DNA of 64,000 bases. It comes from Leidyana gryllorum EB-2025a (lineage: Eukaryota; Protista; Apicomplexa). The position numbers and the translations under genes are program-made. The stretch spans positions 62,001 to 126,000 of the forward strand of contig JBLWGC010000109.1 in NCBI GenBank assembly GCA_048772705.1. The letters are read 5' to 3'. Numbering within the stretch: the stretch's first letter is position 1; the number at the start of each line of letters is the position of its first letter. The notes below the pieces were generated by a model, which saw only the letters and a program-made list of their open reading frames with translations, had not been told where the DNA came from and made no database searches. Below, in pieces: positions 36,086 to 46,296 of the stretch.

Positions 36086-39000
36086 TTGATGGACAGGTGG
36101 AGGCAAATATTCAAAACCAAAGAACCCGATCCGTTACCCCGACGTGTAGGTGGAACGCCTCACATCATACTTGCTGCCCCCCAAAGTGACGAGGAAGAAG
36201 AGGAACAGCTGCGCAATCCCTCGTCCTTTGGATCTTCAGCGACCCCGCAACAGCTTGGAGCTAGCGCCAATCTTCTCGGCGCTGCTGAAGACCCTCCCAG
36301 CTCCTCCAATTCCTCGAGTTCCTCGTCCGAAGACGCTCCGCCCCAAGTGATAGCCCGAGAGCCGAATCATGGGCGACCGCCCCAACCCGAACCTCAGGGC
36401 TCCGATGGCCAACCTCCGGAATCTGCTGCTGCTCCACCTCAGCCCGAACCTCAGCGCTCCGATGGCCAACCTCCGGAATCTGCTGCTGCTCCACCTCAGG
36501 TGCCCGCGACTCCGGTCCCGGTTGCCGCGGCTCGGGCCCCAGTTTCCGCGACTCCGGTCCCGGTTCCCCCCACTCCGGCCCTGATCTCCACCACTCCGGC
36601 CCCAGTTCCCGGGATTCCGGGTCCAATGTCCGCGACTCCGGCTCAGGTCTCCGCTACTCCGGCTTGGATCTTTGCTGCACCGAATACAAACTTAGTGTCA
36701 CAAGAGGAGTTGGCTGGGCCCATAGGCTCGCAGACTGCCCGCAGAGCTCGGAATCGATCGTCTATCGTCCCTTATGTACTCGACACTCATCTCGGTACAC
36801 GTCCCAAGTTTAATCGACTACCGACTACGTGGGTGCAGCTGCAAAAAGACCAGTGCTATTTGTCGGCGGGGCTTCTGCATGAAGAGTTCGCTAAGCAGCA
36901 ACGACGGGTGCATGGCGGGTCCGTTGAGAGCAACATTTGGAGAGTGATTGGTCACAGTGGGAGGTCCCGAGCCCTCACGCCGCCAGTATGTCGGGGCATA
37001 GTGGATTGGTGTGACGCGAAGTTTGACAAGGAATATGACAAAGCTCATGGTGAGCGCGAGAGGAGGGCCCTGGGAAACTGGGAATATCGGTCAAAGCTAC
37101 CGAAGAATCATAATGAGGCCTGCGATTTGGTTCATGAGTTGAAGAAGGCGGCGGTGGAGTACCATCAACGTCATCAGGCGCTTTTCTCCGAGCAGGAAGA
37201 GCAGTTGCGATGTACGTTGCGCTCGCGGATCCACCAGCTGTATCACTACTATGAGCACATAGTGGATGAGCACGATGACATCGTCATGAGAGCCATGGAG
37301 CTCCGGGTGCGAGCGAGTCGGTTAGTGCAGATCAACAAAGGGAGCGAGGACCGAGCGCGCGCGGACTTGTTGCAAGACCGTCTGCAGAGATGTCACACTC
37401 GCTCCGATGAAGTTTTGGAGTCGCTGTGGCGTCATGCCAAAGCCTTCCGCGAAGCGTATCGTCTGACTGGCGATACTCAGCTCGACATTCAGACAAGTGC
37501 TGAAAGTTTAATGAAATTAGAGAGCCATCTCAAAGAGTACACCGGGTGGAAATCTGCCGCCGAAGACAGTTTACGATCGACCACCCACGCCCTATTAGCG
37601 TTCGAGAGAACTTTGATGACTCGATGGCTGCTTCTCTGGGAGATGACGCAAAAGGAGCTCGTTGGGTTACGCAACTCATTGCTGAATGAACGATCGTTGC
37701 TTTTCGCGGGTATGCATACGTACACGGCGTCTCAGAACTCCGTTCGAGCGAGTGTTTCGCAAGCCCACCAGGCGACCATTAGAATTCACGCCGGACTGTT
37801 GGATATGCAGTCTCGTTTCCGATCTCTGGCGGACTACAAGCGGCGACACGTGATCGAACTTGAGCATTTCGCAAGCCAGCGCAATGTTGTCCGCAAAGTC
37901 TCCGGGGCATACTGTGATCTCGATCTGATACAACGCTTAGCCGGACAATCGAATAATGATGTCAATGGCCGTAATATCGTCTTAGGAGGCCGAGTGCGGA
38001 GATCACAGTCTCTGGAGTGCAAAGCCGTCTCCGCGGGAACAGAGCTAAAGTTGCGGCGAGCCAAATATATTAAAGACCTCGAGGTTGTATACGACCGAGT
38101 GTCAGCATTGCATTTGAAACCCAGTCGCACCACTCGGACAGCCCTGGACCGCATGAGACAGCTTTCTTACGACAACTTGGTGTGGCTCAATGAGTATCTG
38201 ATGCGAGAAAGAATGGCAAGATTGGAAGCTTTGATAGTCAATCTGCGATCAGTGCTGATCAATGATGTATTAGACACCGAGAGGGCTGCATCAATGTGCG
38301 CCGATGCGGTGATACAATGTGTTGATGAGCATCAAATAGAATTCATTTATAATCAATTGAAAGTGGTCATGGAGGCACTTCACGGTGTTCTCGAAGCCTA
38401 CCGAGGACGAGATGAATCATTCATACGGAATCTTGTAGGCAATGTCACCCATATGAGGCATCTCAATACATACCCCTTCGATCCTGACATCCAGTCGGCC
38501 GTCGCGGGACTGACTGGTTTACTTTTGAGGTCCGATCGAACCCTCCAAAGTTTTGTGGAATTCATGGGACCCGGGCATGTACCCATGACTGGAGTTTGTG
38601 TGTACGACGTGCTGCAAGTGAACTCGTGTCCAATCTTCAATGTGTGCAACCAGATTTTACACGCGCTGGCGGATCGCTCGCGTAGTATGGTGAATGTTCC
38701 CCTTGTCTCCAACCCTGTCACTGTTCTCAACTATTTGGGAAATCTGATCGCGCAGTGCCAACAACCACCCCCTTCGGTTGATTTCAGTCAGTTATACCGC
38801 TTCTTTGTACCTGAACCCCCAGAGTTGCCTCCTGGCTATCATCTCTACCCGGTTCCACTGGAGTTTGTGGTTGATACAAATTCGAAGATTCTGGAAGAGC
38901 AACGAAGGGTGCAGCGGGACCTTGGCGTTGAAATGCTCCGGGCGCGCCAATACGATGAGCAGACCCGCTTCTGTCAGGGATTGCTTGTCTCGATGCAACA

Positions 39001-41725
39001 AGGCTTACTCCCGCACATCGCGGAGTTGATGGCACAAACGAGTAATCACGCTGTCGAGGAAATTCGGCAAAGAGTTCTCGGTGAAGCCGCTCTTTGGGCT
39101 CTGCGCGAGGGTCTTATTGCAATTCCCCATGAGCAAACACCCAATGCCCCTCAACCCGTACCTGTCATAACGCCCATGGGCCATCAAAGAATAGGCACCG
39201 TCTTCGTCAACCCCACCGACCAAGCACCGTCAGCCTCGCCCTACTCCTGTCAGCCTCCACAAAGTCAAATCGAAGCGACACCATCCGCTCTTCCCGCCAC
39301 ACAGCCACCGGTGGTGGGTGCTGAGACCCTCAACGCCGCTTCTACAGGCCCAACTTGGTCAAGCGGTACATCCTTCTTCCAATCCGTAACTCAAGCTGAG
39401 CCCCCCTCCGGAGGTGTGCCTCCCGCCACGTCACCCCAGCCGGCCACCTGGCCTGGGGTGCCTCAGGGACTGCAGCCTGAGTCCCAGACACTCCCGGCGC
39501 AAGCTGTTATCGCGATTGAGAAATCCTTCGAAGTGCTTATGGGTGGTCAAACCCTCACAGCCGGGGCTGGGAATGGCGCGCAAGCCTCGCAGACAGTGAT
39601 TGTGGGTGGACAGCCGGCTGTTCCGCCTCAACCGACTGTCAGCTCTGAGCCGATGGGAGGACGGTCGGAGGAGCCGCAGACCAAAGTGGTCACCACCACA
39701 ACGGCGGGATCGGAGGCGGTGGTCGGGCCGGGGATTGTTGTGCCTGATACCGAGATGGCAGAAATCGACACTCTGCCAGGTACAACTGCTCCTACTACAT
39801 CGACTGTGCAGCAACCTGGTCTGGTGACAAATGCAACTGATCGAGCAGTGGCCGCAACTACCGCAGCCAGTGGTGGTGTCAACGATCCGCCAACAACATC
39901 GACTCAGCAGGTACGCAACGGTTTGCCGACACCTCCGACTCGTCGACGTGCCGGCCGTCCGAGGAGCGGTGGAGACAGTCCTACCTCTGGTGCACGGACC
40001 CAGGCACAGCGAGTGATCCCTTCTGACTCAGCGGCGCCGTCCCATCCCACGATGGAGGAGGATATGGACGAAGACGCAGAGAGAGCGACTGTGGACAAGC
40101 GGAGACGGATGGCGGCGCAGGCTCCAAGTACAAAGGACCTTAAATATATACCGTACACGCAAGTCGCCCGAGGGGGCGAGAAGGAGAATGTGGCACCTTC
40201 AACCCAACTAGTGCCACAGGGAGAAAGTGAAGAGCCCACTGGCAGTTGGCTGTCGAACATACTGTATATCAACGCTGTTGGGCAAAATGCCCGTCCGACC
40301 TCAAGTAATGAGGAGACGATCGAAGTTGGAGGGAAACATGTCGACACCAAAGACGTAACTGCAGTTGAGCACACCCGCAACGCAAATGTGATGGAAGAAC
40401 CCACTGTTGTGGTCGACGATGATGATATGGACGCCGACACCGAGACGGCGACACTTCCGAGGGTCCGGCAAGAAGACCGCAAAATAAGGCCGGATTCTAC
40501 TATCCGGATAGAGCTGGAATGCACTCCGCCAGAGTCGCCGAAGGATGAAGGAGAACGTTATGTCCTTGTAGGGGGGTCCACCAGCTCGAGAGCGCCACCG
40601 CCAGCGCAGGCCACGACTCAGAGACGGCGACGGAGGCCGTCATCAGCGGAACAGTCCAGACAACGTAAAAATCGAGCAGTCGCCGATCTAGCCAACATAT
40701 GTCAAGGAGCGACGGCTGTTTCGAGTACACAGCAGCAGCAGCAGGAAGAAGAAGAAGTAGAAGTTCCGACAACCGAGGGGAAGTTGCCGCCAGCGACCGG
40801 CACCAGCAGCGTGGAGCAGTCCACAAGGCGACAACGCGTAACACCGGCTGCACGGTCACCCCGTAGAGCCGAGTATGATTTGGAGCGCGAACCCTGGATG
40901 GCCACCGTGCTCGAACAACGTGCGGATCGATTAATCGATGAACTCTTCTCTCCAGACCCACTGCCCGGCCAGGCAGTGACCACGAGACGGCACGATCCGA
41001 ATGACCTCCGCGTTAGGCGGGCTGCAATGGTTACAGAGGCTTTATATAAAGACGGCGGGCGCTTTTTGGACAAGTCAGATATGGACATGGTGAAGGAAAG
41101 GTACGGCCTCAAGCCAGAAGACTCTGTGGGACTGATCGAGCTGTTCGCAACCGGCGCAATTATCATGGAGGACGTGGAGCGCACTGACGCAGTTGCGAGG
41201 TTGGAGCGCATGAAGATGGGTATAGCCAGTGCCTTCCGGAACCACTCTGCATCGGACGAGCAAGGCTTACCCACCAAGATGGTTGATGCTGATGACGAGC
41301 CGAACGCCGAGTTCGAAACCCCCCGCGGAAATGTACCGGCTAGGCCGACTAGCAATCGGACGTCAGCCTGGGCGGATGCTCACACCCCATACAGACCTGC
41401 TGGCCTAAAACCTAAAGCGCCGGTGGTCATGAGCCCAGTCTCGATTTCGTCTGGATCTGAGGCAACTCCTCCGCTGCTTGTCCAGCGAAATGTTTCGGAT
41501 CGAGAGCCTGGGGCGCCAGAAGCCGAGTACCCGTCTGACTGGGACCGCGACTACGCTGAGGTCGCAGAGGAACGATTTGCGCACATTAATTTCCCGTGTA
41601 ATCCTCATGATCTGGAGTTGGAAGGATACGGTAGCGACCAAGCGGCCGACGACGAGCAAGAGGAAGATGAAGAGGGTACCCCTCCGCCGCTTCCTGCGAG
41701 CAGAACAGTACCGACCACAGAATGA
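36086..41725 (+). CDS. Very large intronless orphan protein (1879 aa): Pro-rich N-terminus, helical/coiled-coil core, disordered C-terminus
   Basis: 5.6-kb uninterrupted frame; no recognisable catalytic motif. Confidence 0.75.
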   Translation: MMDRWRQIFKTKEPDPLPRRVGGTPHIILAAPQSDEEEEEQLRNPSSFGSSATPQQLGASANLLGAAEDPPSSSNSSSSSSEDAPPQVIAREPNHGRPPQPEPQGSDGQPPESAAAPPQPEPQRSDGQPPESAAAPPQVPATPVPVAAARAPVSATPVPVPPTPALISTTPAPVPGIPGPMSATPAQVSATPAWIFAAPNTNLVSQEELAGPIGSQTARRARNRSSIVPYVLDTHLGTRPKFNRLPTTWVQLQKDQCYLSAGLLHEEFAKQQRRVHGGSVESNIWRVIGHSGRSRALTPPVCRGIVDWCDAKFDKEYDKAHGERERRALGNWEYRSKLPKNHNEACDLVHELKKAAVEYHQRHQALFSEQEEQLRCTLRSRIHQLYHYYEHIVDEHDDIVMRAMELRVRASRLVQINKGSEDRARADLLQDRLQRCHTRSDEVLESLWRHAKAFREAYRLTGDTQLDIQTSAESLMKLESHLKEYTGWKSAAEDSLRSTTHALLAFERTLMTRWLLLWEMTQKELVGLRNSLLNERSLLFAGMHTYTASQNSVRASVSQAHQATIRIHAGLLDMQSRFRSLADYKRRHVIELEHFASQRNVVRKVSGAYCDLDLIQRLAGQSNNDVNGRNIVLGGRVRRSQSLECKAVSAGTELKLRRAKYIKDLEVVYDRVSALHLKPSRTTRTALDRMRQLSYDNLVWLNEYLMRERMARLEALIVNLRSVLINDVLDTERAASMCADAVIQCVDEHQIEFIYNQLKVVMEALHGVLEAYRGRDESFIRNLVGNVTHMRHLNTYPFDPDIQSAVAGLTGLLLRSDRTLQSFVEFMGPGHVPMTGVCVYDVLQVNSCPIFNVCNQILHALADRSRSMVNVPLVSNPVTVLNYLGNLIAQCQQPPPSVDFSQLYRFFVPEPPELPPGYHLYPVPLEFVVDTNSKILEEQRRVQRDLGVEMLRARQYDEQTRFCQGLLVSMQQGLLPHIAELMAQTSNHAVEEIRQRVLGEAALWALREGLIAIPHEQTPNAPQPVPVITPMGHQRIGTVFVNPTDQAPSASPYSCQPPQSQIEATPSALPATQPPVVGAETLNAASTGPTWSSGTSFFQSVTQAEPPSGGVPPATSPQPATWPGVPQGLQPESQTLPAQAVIAIEKSFEVLMGGQTLTAGAGNGAQASQTVIVGGQPAVPPQPTVSSEPMGGRSEEPQTKVVTTTTAGSEAVVGPGIVVPDTEMAEIDTLPGTTAPTTSTVQQPGLVTNATDRAVAATTAASGGVNDPPTTSTQQVRNGLPTPPTRRRAGRPRSGGDSPTSGARTQAQRVIPSDSAAPSHPTMEEDMDEDAERATVDKRRRMAAQAPSTKDLKYIPYTQVARGGEKENVAPSTQLVPQGESEEPTGSWLSNILYINAVGQNARPTSSNEETIEVGGKHVDTKDVTAVEHTRNANVMEEPTVVVDDDDMDADTETATLPRVRQEDRKIRPDSTIRIELECTPPESPKDEGERYVLVGGSTSSRAPPPAQATTQRRRRRPSSAEQSRQRKNRAVADLANICQGATAVSSTQQQQQEEEEVEVPTTEGKLPPATGTSSVEQSTRRQRVTPAARSPRRAEYDLEREPWMATVLEQRADRLIDELFSPDPLPGQAVTTRRHDPNDLRVRRAAMVTEALYKDGGRFLDKSDMDMVKERYGLKPEDSVGLIELFATGAIIMEDVERTDAVARLERMKMGIASAFRNHSASDEQGLPTKMVDADDEPNAEFETPRGNVPARPTSNRTSAWADAHTPYRPAGLKPKAPVVMSPVSISSGSEATPPLLVQRNVSDREPGAPEAEYPSDWDRDYAEVAEERFAHINFPCNPHDLELEGYGSDQAADDEQEEDEEGTPPPLPASRTVPTTE
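36385..36665 (+). repeat. 57-nt direct repeat x2 followed by degenerate 21-nt repeats
   Basis: cccgaacctcag(g/c)gctccgatggccaacctccggaatctgctgctgctccacctcag twice; then ATPVPV/ATPAQV-coding units. Confidence 0.9.
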
Positions 41726-41960
41726 GGAACACTGTGGCTTATTTACGGGCAATTGAGGATGGGATCCAGAAGTTCCCACCGTCATGTCGTGCGCTGGCCG
41801 GGGACCGATTAAGGTCGCTTTGGAAGAGGGTATTTCGTCTTCTTGGTGGGCTGTCAACGCTACCGAGAGGATAAATGAGGGTCGAGCGGTCGTCAAGTCC
41901 AACGACCTGCATCTGATGGTTTTCCTCGTTGCACGAACTTAGCCAAGATACAAGGGCTCG

Positions 41961-42896
41961 GTGTGGCCTTTTCGCATTCCCATGGCTCGAAGACGATCAA
42001 CTGGTCGAAAGCTTGGCAGAAAGGGCAGGGCTGTCGCAGTCCGTGTGGGGCTCGGAGGTCGCGTAAAACTGTCCGATAATCTACTTAATTCCTATGCTCG
42101 GCCGATAAGTGGGGCCAAAGGCCTCAATAACTGGATACCCCTCTGCGTCGCAGAATCCAAGAGTTTCATGAGTGACATACAGGAGACCGCATCCGCTGTT
42201 CCCCTCCACACTTCCTCCGTTGACGGCTCTGTCAGTGGTTTCGTCGTCAATCCTGTTGGAGACGATCCTCTCTGGTCGGGCAACGCGGAACTACAGCTAC
42301 CCCAGATTGAGACACTCAGGGGCTTGCTGCTGACAACCCCCGAGGAAGACTGCCACAGCCCGATCATAAAAGACGTCTTGCTACCTAACGATAGCGACAG
42401 CTTGGCCATGCAGGCGAGCCGGAACACATTAAAGAGACGCCAGATTGACTTCGTCCTGGAAGGCTTGCGCCACCCCCAGCGTCTCCCGGACGTATCACTC
42501 GTCGAGGCGCTGGAAGATGTTTACGTCCACCTGGAGGAATATTTCGAACTCTGTACAGCGTCCAGCATTGAACCCGCACTCAGTGAGAAGGAGATATGCC
42601 ACGCCGTCCTGGGCCGGCTACCATCAGGACTAGGCACAATGTATACCAAGATGAATGACGGGGATCAGTTGGAGAATGTGTCGAGTCTCACTGACCTGGT
42701 AGAGTACATTGACTTGATTGAGCGCCACGACAGCCTCCGTCACCGTCGAGCTGCCACTCTTTTTGTGCCCCTGCGCACTGGACTTACCAGGCACGAACGT
42801 CAAATCAATGTCTGCGAGAAGCTGATCCACCTCATCAAGAGGACGGAGCAGTCGTTTGATTTACCCTACAACCCATGCAACGTGAGTTGGAGTTGA
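41961..42896 (+). CDS. Copia/Ty1 Gag capsid-like ORF (no pol nearby); probable start near 42168
   Basis: LSEKEICHAVLGRLPSGLGTMYTKMNDGDQLENVSSLTDLVEYIDLIE resembles the UBN2/Retrotran_gag_2 consensus. Confidence 0.45.
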   Translation: MWPFRIPMARRRSTGRKLGRKGRAVAVRVGLGGRVKLSDNLLNSYARPISGAKGLNNWIPLCVAESKSFMSDIQETASAVPLHTSSVDGSVSGFVVNPVGDDPLWSGNAELQLPQIETLRGLLLTTPEEDCHSPIIKDVLLPNDSDSLAMQASRNTLKRRQIDFVLEGLRHPQRLPDVSLVEALEDVYVHLEEYFELCTASSIEPALSEKEICHAVLGRLPSGLGTMYTKMNDGDQLENVSSLTDLVEYIDLIERHDSLRHRRAATLFVPLRTGLTRHERQINVCEKLIHLIKRTEQSFDLPYNPCNVSWS

Positions 42897-43193
42897 ACCA
42901 ATCCGCGCGGTCTAGAGAACAACATCTACCACCTCAACTGAACAGACACTGTGCCCACATAAACCGCAGCAGAACTCTGGTCTGTCGCGACATCGGGATA
43001 TTTGCTCCATCTGGCGAAGGGATGGCACCGAGTCGCTGAGCGGTTAGTTAGGTTTGCTTTTTGACTGTGAAGCCTCCACTGACTTTCCTTTTTCCCCACT
43101 GAGACTGAATAGGGGCGAGAGGTTACGTGTTGAATGGTAGAAGGGCGGACAGAGTGTCAAAACACGTGTGTTTTTTTTTCTGACGGGCCGAAG

Positions 43194-43617
43194 ATGTCTT
43201 ATATCCATCCGTGCCGTTCACATCCAAGGCAAATGTAACTTAGAAGAGGCACTGTATTATACCCTCCCGAACAGATTGATGTAATCCATTGTCTTTCCTC
43301 CGGCCTTTGGGCCCGGTGTTTGGGCCAGAGCCTCTGAAGGAAGTGATACATGCGACATGATCCGTGCCTTCCTCTCCACACAGTTCCTGACTAGCTACCA
43401 CGAGTTGTGCACCAAGTCTTCGCGCCTGCCAGATGTCCAAAAGATAAGCAATGTCCACTGGCTCGTCAGTGTGCTACTGCGTGGGGAGATGCTACTTTGC
43501 AGGGAGGATCTGAGTCGTCCAGCCCCCAATCTGGCTAGAATTAAAGAGTTGATGGGGATGTTGGTTCGAATGAGCGAAAAATTACACGATAACAAGACTG
43601 TTTCTGACTATCTTTGA
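43194..43617 (+). pseudogene. Frameshifted copy of ORF 44116-44523
   Basis: 1-nt loss (accctcccgaacag vs accctcgccgaacag) breaks the 5' part; the 3' part is intact (43357-43617). Confidence 0.6.
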
Positions 43618-44115
43618 ATGTGGTCGCACTCGCTCGCGGTGGTGGCGAAACGAGAGATCGCCCACCCACCTGATGAGACAAGTCGCGGTGGGCTACGAAT
43701 GCTAATTAGCACGTTATCTCTCTCTCCACCGCCGAGAAGGAGACCTCGTTGTCAGAAACCCCCAGTAACGAGCAGTCGTTTGAATTACCCTACTGCCCAT
43801 GCATCCACCCGCTCTTACGTGAGTTGGAGTTGGAGTTGAAGTAATCCGCGCAATCGAGAGAAGATCATTTATCACCGTCCACTGAAGACACACTGTGCCC
43901 ACATAACCCGCTGCAGGAAGCTGGTCTGTCGCGACATCGGGCAATTTGATCCAACAGGCCAACCCATGACACCGAGTCGCTGACCGTTTGATGAGGTTTG
44001 CTTTTGAACTGTGAACACCGGCAGTCACATGATGAATGTGTAGAAGGGCGGACAGAGTGTCAGACAGATAGCTTTCTGTAATGCAAAAGGTGTCTTTTTT
44101 TATGACGCGCCAAAG

Positions 44116-44523
44116 ATGACCATTATCAGAGCCCGTCGTGTTGCAGGGAAATGTAATTTGGAAGAGGCACTGTATTATACCCTCGCCGAACAGATTGATG
44201 TGATCCATCAAAACTGCCACAAGGTTGGATCAATCAAGTTTGAAGGAAGTGATACATGCGACATGATCCGTACCTTCCTCTCCACAAACTTCCTCACTGC
44301 CTACCACAACTTTATCACCCTGGCCTCGCGCCTGCCAGATGTCCGAAATATAAGCAATGTCCATTGGCTCGTCAGTGCGCTACTGCGTGCGGAGATGCCA
44401 CTTTGCAAGGAGGATCTGAGTCGTCCAGCCCCCAATCTGGCTAGAATTAAAGAGTTGATGGGGATATTGGTTCGAATGAGCGAAAAAGCACACCATTATG
44501 AGGATATTGTTGAGTATCTTTGA
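44116..44523 (+). CDS. Hypothetical helical protein (intact copy in tandem unit 2)
   Basis: 135-aa ORF paralogous to 43357-43617. Confidence 0.45.
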   Translation: MTIIRARRVAGKCNLEEALYYTLAEQIDVIHQNCHKVGSIKFEGSDTCDMIRTFLSTNFLTAYHNFITLASRLPDVRNISNVHWLVSALLRAEMPLCKEDLSRPAPNLARIKELMGILVRMSEKAHHYEDIVEYL

Positions 44524-44761
44524 GTGTGGTCACACTCGCTCGCGGTAGTGGAGAAGCAAGAGATTCGCGCACCCACGTGATCAGACAACTCGCGGTGGGC
44601 GCTAATTAGGATGTGATCTCTCTCTCTCAACACGCGAGAAGGAGACCTCGTTGTCAGGAACCTCAGAGTGCCCAGTAACGAGCACGAGTTTGAGGACAAG
44701 CGCAGTGGGGACAGAAACCCTCGTGTGCAGAATGCCCTGAGTTTTTCTGGGGAAAAGGATA

Positions 44762-45676
44762 GTGTCTCTGAGGTGCCCCCGTCCATTGATTATTGCGATT
44801 GAGTTGGAAGACAACATGTTGCACTCCAAGCACTCCAAACTTACTCGTGTGGCAGAGATTGATGTATGCCTAAAAGCTCTACTGTCTCCTTCTGTGAGGT
44901 ATCTTCAGGTTGCTCACGCGTTCCGTGATGTTAGCAACAAGTTCAATACCCTCATGAAGATTTGTGCTGTGCATAAGAGGAGACTCTCACTGGGGAAACT
45001 GGATTTTCTCCTGTGTATTTTGCGAGCCGTGAGAGGCTCCGTTATATGCGTGGCCAGTTGTGACTTGGCCCAACGCAATATTGATATTTTGGAAAGTTTT
45101 GATACGCTGTGCGCGGCACTGATGTCAGCCCAGATTGAGATGCGAGCAAGTCAACTTGCCGATCCCACATCACTGTGTGAATGCAGTGCACGCTTGGCCG
45201 AAAGTCGGGAGGGATCACCAAGTGCAATGGTGAGACACGCACTTTGTCTACCGCACGACCAATGCAAATCCCGACCTGGCGTTGACGCTGTAGCGCCCCA
45301 CATTGCATCAGTGGCGAATTTTGACTATTTGCCGCTCAAACAGCGTATCTTGAACAAAGTACCCGTTTCGCCTTGGCACTCTCCCCCCCACCAGCAGCGT
45401 ACGTGTTCGCCACCTTCGCCCAACGAGCCCACCTCTGAGGAGGACAGCTCCATGGTCTACCTCGCCCATGCTGCAGCCCAACTGAAGGAGACGTTCCGGA
45501 CGTTCCTCGCTCAGGTTGAGCACACCACCACCTCGCGTATGGAAGAACTGAACCGCCCCCACAAAAAAGTCAGACAGACTGCCTTTGCCCAGAAAGTCAC
45601 AACGGGTTGGCCATTGCGACGCGCGGTACTCAAACAACACCAGAAGTCGAAACCCACAGCTAGTAGCCACCAATGA
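44762..45676 (+). CDS. Hypothetical protein
   Basis: 304-aa ORF; no motif recognised. Confidence 0.5.
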   Translation: MSLRCPRPLIIAIELEDNMLHSKHSKLTRVAEIDVCLKALLSPSVRYLQVAHAFRDVSNKFNTLMKICAVHKRRLSLGKLDFLLCILRAVRGSVICVASCDLAQRNIDILESFDTLCAALMSAQIEMRASQLADPTSLCECSARLAESREGSPSAMVRHALCLPHDQCKSRPGVDAVAPHIASVANFDYLPLKQRILNKVPVSPWHSPPHQQRTCSPPSPNEPTSEEDSSMVYLAHAAAQLKETFRTFLAQVEHTTTSRMEELNRPHKKVRQTAFAQKVTTGWPLRRAVLKQHQKSKPTASSHQ

Positions 45677-46296
45677 TGTCTTTTTCCTTCGTGTCTTCTT
45701 GATATCCAAACAGCATCCCAGGAATCCCAAACCGTACAATAAGGTCCCGTGTGTGTAATCGATTGCTAAGCATGAATAGATTCCCGCTTGCTGAGCATAG
45801 ATAGATCTGGCTGGATAAACCTCTCTCTCCGCCTAGAAATGGGCGCAGGAACCACCGAGTGACCCGAGATATGGTGTTTTGGTCGGTCGGTCGGTGGCTC
45901 AGGCGGCAGGAAGGAAGATCGATCAAAATCAAACTTGGTCTGCGACAATAGAGGAGCACTGTGTCTCTGCAGAGCTTCTTCGCCTTTTACCAATGCGCAT
46001 GTCGAAAAAGAGTAACGACTACTGGTCGCATTTCGGGTATCTGACGCCCGCACCGTCGGGACTGAATAATGAATGGGTACCCCCCCGACACAGATCGCCA
46101 TTTAGAGTTCTTCATTGTATGAAGCCCCTTTTGAACTTGACTGGTGATTGGTGGTGAGCTCGCAGCGTGTGAGCGACACCCATGGCGGACATCGTAGAGG
46201 GGAGCGTGCAAGCTTCAGTCGTCGGACGAATAAAAGACATCACTCCGCAAGCACCTGCTGGCAGGAGGTGAGGGAGCATTAAAGAGTCGACGTGGA

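Larger units (their letters stand above)
42846..44693. repeat. Diverged tandem duplication, two units of about 920 bp
   Basis: Anchor gagca(gtc/cga)gtttga at ~42846, ~43770 and ~44680. Shared blocks include acactgtgcccacataa, ctggtctgtcgcgacatcggg and gaggatctgagtcgtccagcccccaatctggctagaattaaagagttgatggggat. Confidence 0.92.

Noticed and set aside
41961-45676. Intact LTR retrotransposon with the ~920-bp repeats as LTRs
   Set aside because: The repeats are adjacent rather than flanking, and no PBS/PPT, protease, RT or integrase motifs were seen.
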